Positions 51,901 to 64,000 of a stretch of DNA of 64,000 nt are shown piece by piece (position 1 is the first letter of the stretch; each line of letters begins with the position of its first letter). Location of the stretch: the NCBI GenBank assembly GCA_964016885.1, contig OZ024744.1, forward strand, positions 45,694,001 through 45,758,000, in the 5' to 3' direction. Source of the stretch: Eledone cirrhosa (Eukaryota). A program made the translations under genes and the position numbers. The notes beneath the pieces are model-generated. The model was not told the origin of the DNA. It was given only the letters and a program-made list of their open reading frames with translations, and did no database searches.

Positions 51901-54900
51901 AAACGACAATATATACAACTACACTGCAATATACCACACCACACTATAATATACCACACCACACTACACTATACGATACGACATCACAATATACTACTGC
52001 ACACTACAATATATCAAACAAACAGTACAATATACCACAGCACACTACAATATACCACACCACACTACAATATATCACACTACAATATCCCAATCCACAC
52101 TACAATATATCGCACTAGACTAAAATATATCACTCTACACTACAATATACCACTCCACACTACAATATACCACACCACACTACAATATACCACACCACAC
52201 TACAATATATCCCATCACACTACACTATATCACACTATACTACAATATACCACACCACATTACAATATACCAGACCACACTACAATATATCACACTACAC
52301 TACAATATACCACAACGCACTAAAATATACCACACTACAATATACCACACCATACTACAATATACCAATCCACACTAAAATATATCACACTACACTACAA
52401 CATACCACTCAACACTACAATATATCATTCTACACTACAATATACCACTCCACATTACAATATACCACACCACACTTCAATATATCACATCACACTACAC
52501 TATATCACATCACACTACAATATACCACACCACACAACATTATACAATATATCACACTATACTACAATTTACCACTCCACACTACAATATATCACACTAC
52601 ACTACAACATACCACTCCACACTACAATATATCGGACTGTACTTCAATATATCATACCACACTACACTACAATATATCACACCGCACTACAATATACCAC
52701 ACCACACTACCGTATCCCACACCACACTACTATATATCACACCACACTACAATATACAACACCACACTACAATATACCACACCACACTACAATATACCAC
52801 ACTACACTACAATATACCACATCACACTACAATATACCACACCACACTACGATATGCTAATCCATATTGCAATATATCACACTACACTACAATATACCAC
52901 ACCACACTACAATATACCACAATACACTACAATATACCACGCCACACTACAATATACCACACCACACTACTATATACCACACCACACTACAATATACCAC
53001 ACCACACTACTATATACCACACCATACTACAATATACCACAACACACTACAATATAGCGCTCCAGACTACAATATCCCACTCCACACTACAATATACCAC
53101 ACTACAATATATCACACTAAACAACAATATACCACACCACACTACAATATACCACTTCACACAACAATAAACCACACTACACTATACCACTCCGCACTGC
53201 ACTATACCACACCACACTACAATATACCACACCATACTACACTATATCCCTCCACACTAGAATATACCACACCACACTACAATATACCTCTCCACACTAC
53301 ACTATATCCCTCCACACTAGAATATACCACACCACACTACAATATACCTCTCCAAACTACAATATACCAAACCACACTACACTACAATATATCCCACTAC
53401 ACTACACTATACCACATCGCATTGCAGTATAGCACACTACACTGCAATATACCACACCACACTAGAATACACCACACCATACTACAATATACCACACCAC
53501 ACTAAAATATACCACACCACCCTACGATATATCACACTACAATATACCACTCCAAACCACAATATATACAACTACACTGCAATATACCACACCACACTAT
53601 AATATACCACACCACACTACACTATACGATACGACACCACAATATACTACTGCACACTACAATATATCAAACAAACACTACAATATACCACACCACACTA
53701 CAATATACCACACCACACTACAATATATCACACTACAATATACCAATCCACACTACAATATACCAATCCACACTACAATATATCACACTAGACTACAATA
53801 TATCACTCTACACTACAATATACCACTCGACACTACAATATACCACACAACACTACAATATACCACATCACACTACAATATACCACACCACACTACAATA
53901 TGCTAATCCATACTGCAATATATCACACTACACTACAATATACCTCACCATACTACAATATAGCACACCACGCTACAGCATTCATTATATTAACATATGG
54001 CAAAACACACTACAATATACGACTTCACTCTACACTAAACCACACCACTCTACAATATATCACACCACACTACAATATACCACACCACACTACATTATAC
54101 CACTCCACACTACAATATCCCACTCCACACTGCAATATACCACACCACACTACAATATATAACACTAAACAACAATATACCACACCACACTACAGTATAC
54201 CACACCATAGTACACTATACCACACCACACTACACTATACCACACCATACTACACTATATCCCTCCACACTAGAATATACCACACCACACTACAATATAC
54301 CTATTCACACTACAATATACCAAAACACACTACACTACAATATATCCCACTACACTACACTATGTCACATCACATTGCAGTATACAACACTACACTGCAA
54401 TATACCACACCACACTAGAATACACGACACCACACTACAATATACCACACCACACTAAAATATACCACACCAGCCTACAATATATCACACTACAATATAA
54501 CACTCCACACGACAATATATCAAACTACACTGCAATATACCACACCACACTACAATATACCACACCACACTACACTATACCATACCACACTACAATATAC
54601 CACACCAGACTATAATATACCACTCCACACTACAATATACCACACCACACTACAATATACGACTCGACTCTACACTATACCACACCACTCTACACTATAC
54701 CACACCACACTACAATATACGACTCGACTCTACACTATACCACACCACTCTACACTATATCACACTACACTACAATATACCACACCACACTACAATATAC
54801 CACACCAGACTACACTATACCATAGAACACTACAATATACCACACCAGACTACAATATACTACTCGACACTACAATATATCAAACTACACTACAATATAC

Positions 54901-57900
54901 CACACCACACTATAATATACGACTTCACTCTACACTATACCACACCACTCTACAATATATCACACTACACTACAATATACCAATCCACACTACAATATAT
55001 CACACTAGACTACAAAATATCACTCTACACTACAATATACCACTCCACACTACAATATCCCACTCCACACTACAATATACCACACCACACTACATTATAT
55101 CACACTACAATATATCACACTAGACTACAATATATCACTCTACACTACAATATACCACTCCACACTACAATATACCACACCACACTACAATATATCACAT
55201 CACACTACACTATATCACATCACACTACAATATAGCACACCACACTGCAATATACATTATATCACACTATACTACAATATACCACACCAAACTACAATAT
55301 ACCAGACCACACTACAATATATCACACTACACTACAATATACCACAACACACTAAAATATACCACACCACACTACAATATACCACACCACACTACAATAT
55401 ATCACACTACAATATACCAATCTACACTACAATATATCACACTAGACTACAATATATCACTCTACACTACAATATACCACTCCACACTACAATATACCAC
55501 ACCACACTTCAATATATCACATCACACTACACTATATCCTATCACACTACAATATACCACACCACACTAGAATATACAATATATCACACTATACTACAAC
55601 ATACCACTCCACACTACAATATATCACAGTACACTACAATATACCACTCCAAACTACAACATATCGCACTGTACTTCAATATATCATACCACACTACACT
55701 CCAATATATCACATCATACTACAGTATACCACCACACTACAATATAACACACCCCACTACCGTATCCCACACCACACTACTATATATCACACCTCACTAC
55801 AATATAACACACCACACTACAATATACCACACTACACTACAATATACCACATCACACTACAATATACCACACCATACTACAATATGCTAATCCATACTGC
55901 AATATATCACACTACACTACAATATACCACACCACACTACAATATACCACTCCACACTGCAATATCCCCCTCCACACTACAATATACCACACCACACTAC
56001 AATATATCACACTAAACAACAATATACCACACCACACTTCAATATACCACACCATAGTACACTATACCACACCACACTACACTATACCACACCATACTAT
56101 ACTATATCCCTCCACACTAGAATATACCACACCACACTACAATATACCAAACCACACTACACTACAATATATCCCACTACACTACACTATACCACATCGC
56201 ATTGCAGTATACCACACTACACTGCAATATACCACACCACACTAGAATACACCACACCGCACTACAATATACCACACCACACTAAAATATACCACACAAC
56301 CCTACAATATATCACACTACAATATACCACTCCACACGACAATATATCAAACTACACTGCAATATACCACTCCACACTACAATATCCCACTCCACACTAC
56401 AATATACCACACCACACTACATTATATCACACTACAATATATCACACTAGACTACAATATATCACTCTACACTACAATATACCACTCCACACTACAATAT
56501 ACCACACCACACTACAATATATCACATCACACTACACTATATCACATCACACTACAATATACCACACCACACTACAATATACATTATATCACACTATACT
56601 ACAATATACCACACCACACTACAATATACCAGACCACACTACAATATATCACACTACACTACAATATACCACAACACACTAAAATATACCACACCACACT
56701 ACAATATACCACACCACACTACAATATATCACACTACAATATACCAATCCACACTACAATATATCACACTAGACTACAATATACCACTCAACACTACAAT
56801 ATATCACTCTACACTACAATATACCACTCCACACTACAATATACCACACCACACTTCAATATATCACATCACACTACACTATATCCTATCACACTACAAT
56901 ATACCACACCACACTAAAATATACAATATATCACACTATACTACAACATACCACTCCACACTACAATATATCACAGTACACTACAATATACCACTCCACA
57001 CTACAACATATCGCACTGTACTTCAATATATCATACCACACTACACTCCAATATATCACATCATACTACAGTATACCACCACACTACAATATACCACACC
57101 ACACTACCGTATCCCACACCACACTACTATATATCACACCTCACTACGATATACCACACCACACTACAATATACCACACTACACTACAATATACCACATC
57201 ACACTACAATATACCACACCATACTACAATATGCTAATCCATACTGCAATATATCACACTACACTACAATATACCACACCACACTACAATATACCACTCC
57301 ACACTACAATATCCCCCTCCACACTACAATATACCACACCACACTACAATATATCACACTAAACAACAATATACCACACCACACTACAATATACCACACC
57401 ATAGTACATTATACCACACCACACTACACTATACCACACCATACTATACTATATCCCTCCACACTAGAATATACCACACCACACTACAATATACCAAACC
57501 ACACTACACTACAATATATCCAACTACACTACACTATACCACATCGCATTGCAGTATACCACACTACACTGCAATATACCACACCAAACTAGAATACACC
57601 ACACCACACTACAATATACCACACCACACTAAAATATACCACACCACCCTACAATATATCACACTACAATATACCACTCCACACGGCAATATATCAAACT
57701 ACACTGCAATATACCACTCCACACTACAATATCCCACTCCACACTACAATATACCACACCACACTACATTATATCACACTACAATATATCACACTAGACT
57801 ACAATATATCACTCTACACTACAATATACCACTCCACACTACAATATACCACACCACACTACAATATATCACATCACACTACACTATATCACTTCACACT

Positions 57901-60157
57901 ACAATATACCACACCACACTACAATATACATTATATCACACTATACTACAATATACCACACCACACTACAATATACCAGACCACACTACAATATATCACA
58001 CTACACTTCAATATACCACAACACACTAAAATATACCACACCACACTACAATATACCACACCACACTACAATATATCACACTACAATATACCAATCCACA
58101 CTACAATATATCACACTAGACTACAATATACCACTCAACACTACAATATATCACTCTACACTACAATATACCACTCCACACTACAATATACCACACCACA
58201 CTTCAATATATCACATCACACTACACTATATCCTATCACACTACAATATACCACACCACACTAAAATATACAATATATCACACTATACTACAACATACCA
58301 CTCCACACTACAATATACCACACTACACTACAATATACCACATCACACTACAATATACCACACCATACTACAATATGCTAATCCATACTGCAATATATCA
58401 CACTACACTACAATATACCACACCACACTACAATATACCACTCCACACTACAATATCCCCCTCCACACTACAATATACCACACCACACTACAATATATCA
58501 CACTAAACAACAATATACCACACCACACTACAATATACCACACCATAGTACACTATACCACACCACACTACACTATACCACACCATACTATACTATATCC
58601 CTCCACACTAGAATATACCACACCACACTACAATATACCAAACCACACTACACTACAATATATCCCACTACACTACACTATACCACATCGCATTGCAGTA
58701 TACCACACTACACTGCAATATACCACACCACACTAGAATATACCACACCACACTACAATATATCACACTACAATATACCACTCCACACGACAATATATCT
58801 AACTACACTGCAATATACCACACCACACTACAATATACCACACCATACTACACTATACCATACCACACTGCAATATACCACACGAGACTATAATATACCA
58901 CTCCACACTACAATATATCAAACCATACTACAATATACCACACTACAATATACGACTCCACTCTACACTATACCACACCACTCTACAATATACCACTCCA
59001 CACGACAATATATCAAACTACACTGCAATATACCACACCACACTACAATAGACCACACCAGACTACACTATATCACACCACTCTACAATATATCACACTA
59101 CACTACAATATACCACTCCACACTAAAATATACCACACCACACTACAATATACCAGACCACACTACAATATATCACACTACACTACAATATATCACAGTA
59201 CACTACAATATACCACACCACACTACAATATAATATTCCGCACCACACTACACTATAGCCCACCACGCTACAGCATTCATTAGATTAACATATGGCAAAA
59301 CACACTACTATATACCACACCACACTACAATATACCCCACCACACTACAAGATATCACACCACACTACAATATACCACACCACACTACAACATACCAGAC
59401 CACAGCTCTGTACTATATACCCCGCCAAACGATAGTATACCACAATGCACTACGATATACCATGCAACACTATAATATACCACACCACACAATAGTATTC
59501 CACACTACACTACCATATATCATACCAAACTACAATATCCCACAGCACACTGCAGTATAGCACACCACACTACAATATACCACACCACACTACACAATAC
59601 TACAATATACCACACCATACTACACAATACTACAATATACCACACCATACTACACAATATCATACCACACTACAATATCCCACAGCACACTGCAGTATAG
59701 AACACCTCACTACAATATACCACACCACACTACACAATACTACAATATACCACACCATACTACACAATATCATACCAAACTACAATATCCCACAGCACAC
59801 TGCAGTATAGCACACCACACTACAATATACCACACCACACTACACAATACTACAATATACCACACCATACTACACAATATCATACCAAACTACAATATCC
59901 CACAGCACACTGCAGTATAGAACACCACACTACAATATACCACACCACACTACACAATAGTACACCACACTACAATATACCACATCCAACTACAGTATAA
60001 CACGGCAAAGAGCAGTATACCACAACACATTACAATATAACATACGCACTACAATATACCACACCTCACTATAATATACCATACCACAATATAATACACC
60101 ACAGCACGCCGCAATTTACAACACCACACTACACTATACCACACCACACCACACAAC
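12931..60157. repeat. ~47-kb satellite array, 20-bp consensus ACCACACCACACTACAATAT built from 5-bp subunits
   Basis: Continuous degenerate tandem array of ACCAC/ATCAC/TCCAC/ACTAC/AATAT/ACTAT pentamers, roughly 2,300 units. The + strand is nearly G-free. I saw no transposon insertion inside it. Confidence 0.98.
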
Positions 60158-60404
60158 AGTTAAACTAGCATAAAAATTCGTCGATTTTTATTTAGTGTTA
60201 ACATTATTTGGTCATCAAGTTAGAATTAAAAAATTAAATGAAACATGCTGAAATATCTCACACGAGTGTCTATAATTGCTTCATCTTTATTGTTATGATT
60301 GCGTGTTACAACTAGGAAATAAGACATACCTTTTGAAATAATATAATATGTATAATTGGTATTATTAGTTGAAGAATGTGCCAAAAGTAGAAACAATTAT
60401 TAGT

Positions 60405-60677
60405 TGTAGAATTGGCGACGAGGTGAGAGAACAAATTAGTCTCCACATGGTGTTAATGGTTTTCTGTTCCGAAGTTGAAGTCGCCTGAGAGAGAGTTGCT
60501 CTTAATATGTTCACTCCACATGGTGTGGTAAAAATGAAAAGTGGGAGAAGGCAAAATTACATCTTAACTCCTGGACGGCTAGCTTTGTAAGAGCGGGTAC
60601 TTTCAGTTTCTTAATTTATAGTCTCCATGGGACGTAACTCTCATTAACTCTCCTTCTCACCCCAAGGGGTCACTACA
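60405..60677 (-). repeat. 3' LTR (273 bp), TGTAG...CTACA
   Basis: Begins 3 nt after the polypurine tract with TGTAG and ends at CTACA (5-bp inverted termini). TATAAA-like box at ~60615-60620 on the minus strand. The partner LTR is not in the window, so the distal end is inferred. Confidence 0.7.
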
Positions 60678-60680
60678 ATA

Positions 60681-60691
60681 CTCTCCTCCAG
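60681..60691 (-). promoter_or_regulatory. Polypurine tract
   Basis: Minus strand CTGGAGGAGAG-tat-TGTAG, downstream of the integrase. Confidence 0.75.
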
Positions 60692-60889
60692 ACGATAGGC
60701 GAACAACCCGAAGGTAATTGTAGCGAACCCGCAAAAATGGGATCAAGGCAGAGGTATGAAAAAGGTATATGCATATACAATACACAAAAGACACTCTATA
60801 GTTAAAGAAGACTTTCAACTGTTTAGGAACAAGGTAAAGAAAAGCATGTAATACACAATACAAAAAAGGCTCCATAGTGGCCAGTTCAG

Positions 60890-63689
60890 ATGTTTGACAA
60901 AGTATTTTGGGCCAGTGGACTCTTCGACCAGAACGGGTCGTGGTCTTGTATGTAGGTGAAAGTAGGACAGAAGGAGCAGGTGTATGTACAATAAAGATAG
61001 ATGGGGGTATTTGTGGCTCAGGTGTATGAGCGTCTGTGAATGCCCTTTTCAGTCTGTCAACCCAAATTGTCTCTCTGGATCCCTTAATGTTTACAGTAAC
61101 ATGTTTGTCAGTACGTGGTAACACATGGTAGGGTCCAGATTACGGTTGTGACAAAGACATGTGTCCACGTGGCAATATCCCTCGGGACTGCAATTTTAAT
61201 AGTTTGTTTCCTGGTATCCATAGGCAGTAAGTCCTGAAAATATGAGCGCAAACGAGATACATAGGAAAGGGGATCTTGAATAGCAGGAGCTACGGGGGAA
61301 AGCATTTGCCCAGGCAACGCTAGAGGGGCACCATACAATAATTCAGCCGGGGAGAACCCAAGGTCCTCCTTTATTGAAGACCGAATTCCTAACAACACAA
61401 TAGGAAGGTACTCGCTCCAACGTAGAGAGTCTGGATAGGCACGAAGAGCGGTCTTTAATTGGCGGTGAAAACGCTCCACCATTCCGTTTGAAGCAGGATA
61501 AGATGTAGTCCGAATGCGTTGAGTGCCAATAATTTTTGTTAACTCCGAGAAAAGATGTAATTCGAATTGCCTACCACGGTCTGTAGTAATTGTGGTTGGC
61601 ACGCCATAGCGGGCAATCCACGTGTGGACACGCGCTATCGTGTCGGGGCTAATGTCCTCAGGCCATCACGAAAAACGATCAATGCAGGTCAAAAGGTAAG
61701 AATATCCACTACTGACTGGCCAAGGTCCAACGATATCGATGTGGATGTGTCAAGAAGGGCAGATATTTCAGGTTGCAAGTCGCACATTCGTCTGATGAAG
61801 TATCCAACGATTCGAGTGCAGGTTGGTCTGCTGCCAAACGACTTAAATCTATCTCCTGGGATGACGAAATCAAGCTGATTGGCAAGCGTGACAAGGCGTC
61901 TGCAGCTGTATTTAGTGAGCCTGAAATGTGCTGGATATCATTGGTAAACTGCGAAATGTAATCGAGGTCCCTTGTCTCTCTGGGCGAATATCTGTCGGCT
62001 TTAGCCCTCAAAGCGAAGATCAGAGGTTTGTGGTCAGTGAAAACCGTAAAATTTCTTCCCTCAAGAATATGAGAAAAATGTTTCACCGACATATATATGA
62101 CTAATAACTCCCGGCCAAACGTGCTGAAACGGGTTTCTGCCGGTTTCAGCTTCCTGGAGAAAAATGCCAAAGGTTGTTGGTGTTCAGCGTTATACTGTTG
62201 TAAAACTGCTCCCACGGCGGTATCAGCTACATCGACACAAAGCGAAAGCTTGGCATCGGGCACTATACTGGGTGGGCTCGCAAAGATGAATTAGCAATTG
62301 CTGTCTTGACAGTATGGAAATCTTCGATTTGTACTTGTGTCAAGGAAATATCCTCATTCTTCTTACGACGATCTTTCAAAATCTCGGTAAGGGAAAACAG
62401 TAATTTTGCACATTGAGGAACGAAACGTCTATAAAAATTGATTAGGCCTAGGAAGTGACGCAACTGACAAAGTGAAGTAGGCGGAGGTAAATCCTGTATA
62501 GCCTTAACTCGCTGTGGAAGGGGTCGAATACCCTCGGCGTCGATGATGTCGCCTAAAACATTCAGTGAAGTGGATCCGAAAACACACTTTGCAGGATTCA
62601 CTCGAACGCGGTAATCCTGGAGTCGGCAAAATAAAAGGTTCAGGTGACGCATATGCTCTTCTGGAGAGGAACTAGCGACGAGAAGATCATCTATATATGC
62701 ATAAACGAAGTCCAGACCACAAGTGACCTCGTATATGAACCGCTGAAAAGTGCTAGCGGCATTCCTGACTCCAAAAGGCATGTTTAAAAAATCGAAGGAT
62801 CTGAAAGGAGTCGTAATAGCTGTTTTCGGGATGTCTTCCTTCCTGACTGTTATTTGGTGGTAAGCTCACACTAAATCGAGTTTGGAGAAAATCTTACAAC
62901 TCTGCAACGAAGATGCAAAATCCTGGAGATGGGGAATCGGATATCTATCCGGGACGGTCATCGCGTTTAATCTCCCTTAATCCACAGTGGGTCTCCAGTC
63001 GCCAGACGTCTTGGACACCATATGTAACGGGGAAGCCCAAGGACTCGTAGATGGGTGAATAATGCCCAGCTGCAGCATATGGTTGAACTCGGACCGTGCT
63101 GCCTTTAACTTGTCCGCCGGTAAACGACGTGGACGTGAAAATACTGGAGCACTGGTTGTGGAAATAAAATGTTCGGTTGAGTGAGTTGGCTCGGTAACTC
63201 GAACATTTCCATTGATGAGATCCGGGAACGATTCTAACAACGAATAGTAGGCGTTTCCAGCGGCAGCGATGAAGAAGGTTGGGTTAACCGTTGAAGCACC
63301 GGCTCTTCGGCCATGAATTGAGAAACCGGTAATGTCATCCACTAGACATTGGCCTCGGACATCCACAGTCAAGGAGCAATTGTGGAGGAAATCCGCTCCT
63401 AAGATTGGGTATGGCAAGTCAGCGACCGTAAAAATCCATTTAAAATCCATTTGAGGAGAAGCGAGATTTGTCCGTACGTCTTTATAGGCGAGTGGTTAAC
63501 GGCCTGCAGAGTAACGGATGACTCCACAGGGGTATCCTTTAGGCAATGGACCGGCCAAATACTACAGGAGGCTCCTGTATCCACGAGGAAGGCTCTTCCA
63601 GTCAGGAGGTCCTTGATTAAGAAGTGGCGGTTTGGGTGCTTTACGATGAGGTCGACTGCCGCCCTCAGCGAAACTCTCTGTCGTTTCCC
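60890..63689 (-). pseudogene. pol: pol polyprotein (protease, RT, RNase H, integrase), disrupted
   Basis: FLVDTGAS, PILGADFL, SPWASPLHMV, MPFGVRNAASTFQR, AYIDDLLV, TDHKPL, NTAADALSR, HIDIVGP, TTDRGRQF, NGMVERFHRQLK and VDRLKRA, spread over several frames with stops. Confidence 0.93.
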
Positions 63690-64000
63690 GACTTCACAAA
63701 AGAACAAGGCTGTACACAGTGGTTCGCGTTCTCAGAAAAACGCTCGTGGTACCAGCATAAAGATGAAGCTGGTGACCTGGGGCGGTGTCTGAAAGAGGTA
63801 GATCTACCGCGGCTGCGTGAGCGTGAACGAACATTACCAGAGGCCTACAACTTCTGTAGCTCCAGAGTGAGTTCTTGAGTAGCTTTTTGCATAGCCATCA
63901 TAGCTGCGCTGTCTGCATGAGATGCCGCGCAGGTGGTATGGCCAGGTGTGGCCTGAGAAACAGTAGCAAGGGCCTAGCTGCCTCCAGCACCCGTGACCTC
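63665..64000 (-). pseudogene. gag: gag C-terminus (RS-rich segment and CHCC knuckle)
   Basis: RSRSRSRGRSTSFRHRPRSPASSLCWYHERFSENANHCVQPCSFVKSGNDREFR*, with one internal TAG upstream. Confidence 0.85.
63683..63689 (-). promoter_or_regulatory. -1 ribosomal frameshift slippery heptamer G GGA AAC
   Basis: X XXY YYZ phase in the gag frame. The -1 frame is the protease ORF (..GKRQRVSLRAA..LVDTGAS), and gag stops 15 nt later. Confidence 0.8.

Larger units (their letters stand above)
60405..64000 (-). mobile_element. Ty3/Gypsy LTR retrotransposon, CsRN1-like lineage, decayed; 5' part outside the window
   Basis: Domain order gag-PR-RT-RH-IN, then PPT and 3' LTR. The Gag motif Cx2Hx9Cx3C (CWYHERFSENANHCVQPC, 63704-63757) is characteristic of the CsRN1/Kabuki/Boudicca group. 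Confidence 0.92.

Noticed and set aside
13551-58893. Dozens of H/T/Y/I/P-rich ORFs up to 420 aa on the + strand
   Set aside because: The 20-bp unit has no stop in any + frame, so the three frames give the same 20-aa periodic peptide. Stops and frame changes are scattered, with no sign of coding constraint.
12931-60157. CRISPR array or true telomeric repeat
   Set aside because: No unique spacers and no cas genes in a eukaryotic context. The unit is degenerate, internal, and flanked by TEs on both sides.
60413-60423. TGGCGACGAGG as the primer-binding site of a + strand LTR element
   Set aside because: It is not preceded by an LTR ending in CA, no gag follows, and it lies inside the inferred minus-strand 3' LTR.

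Overview
Repeat-dominated, AT-rich eukaryotic DNA, probably from an invertebrate (inferred from the retroelement types and microsatellite load). No intact host gene was found. Bases 1-12.9 kb are a cluster of retroelements nested in (TA)n/(TATG)n/(CA)n microsatellites: two copies of a short RTE-LINE-derived element, a 5' RTE LINE fragment, a nearly full-length decayed Penelope-like element (RT plus C-terminal GIY-YIG, pseudo-LTRs), the 3' end of a second Penelope-like element, and several hammerhead-ribozyme motifs. Bases 12.9-60.2 kb are a ~47-kb satellite of a 20-bp unit (ACCACACCACACTACAATAT) with higher-order structure. Bases 60.4-64 kb hold a decayed Ty3/Gypsy (CsRN1-like) LTR retrotransposon on the minus strand. 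The most striking signal is at 1856-2210: a gap-free 171-bp inverted repeat whose arms differ at 53 positions, 52 of which are G:U wobbles on the + strand, with an ADAR-like neighbour bias. It looks like an A-to-I hyper-edited, hammerhead-bearing retroelement hairpin RNA that was reverse-transcribed back into the genome. Almost all ORFs in the supplied track are artefacts of simple repeats. All counts were done by hand.
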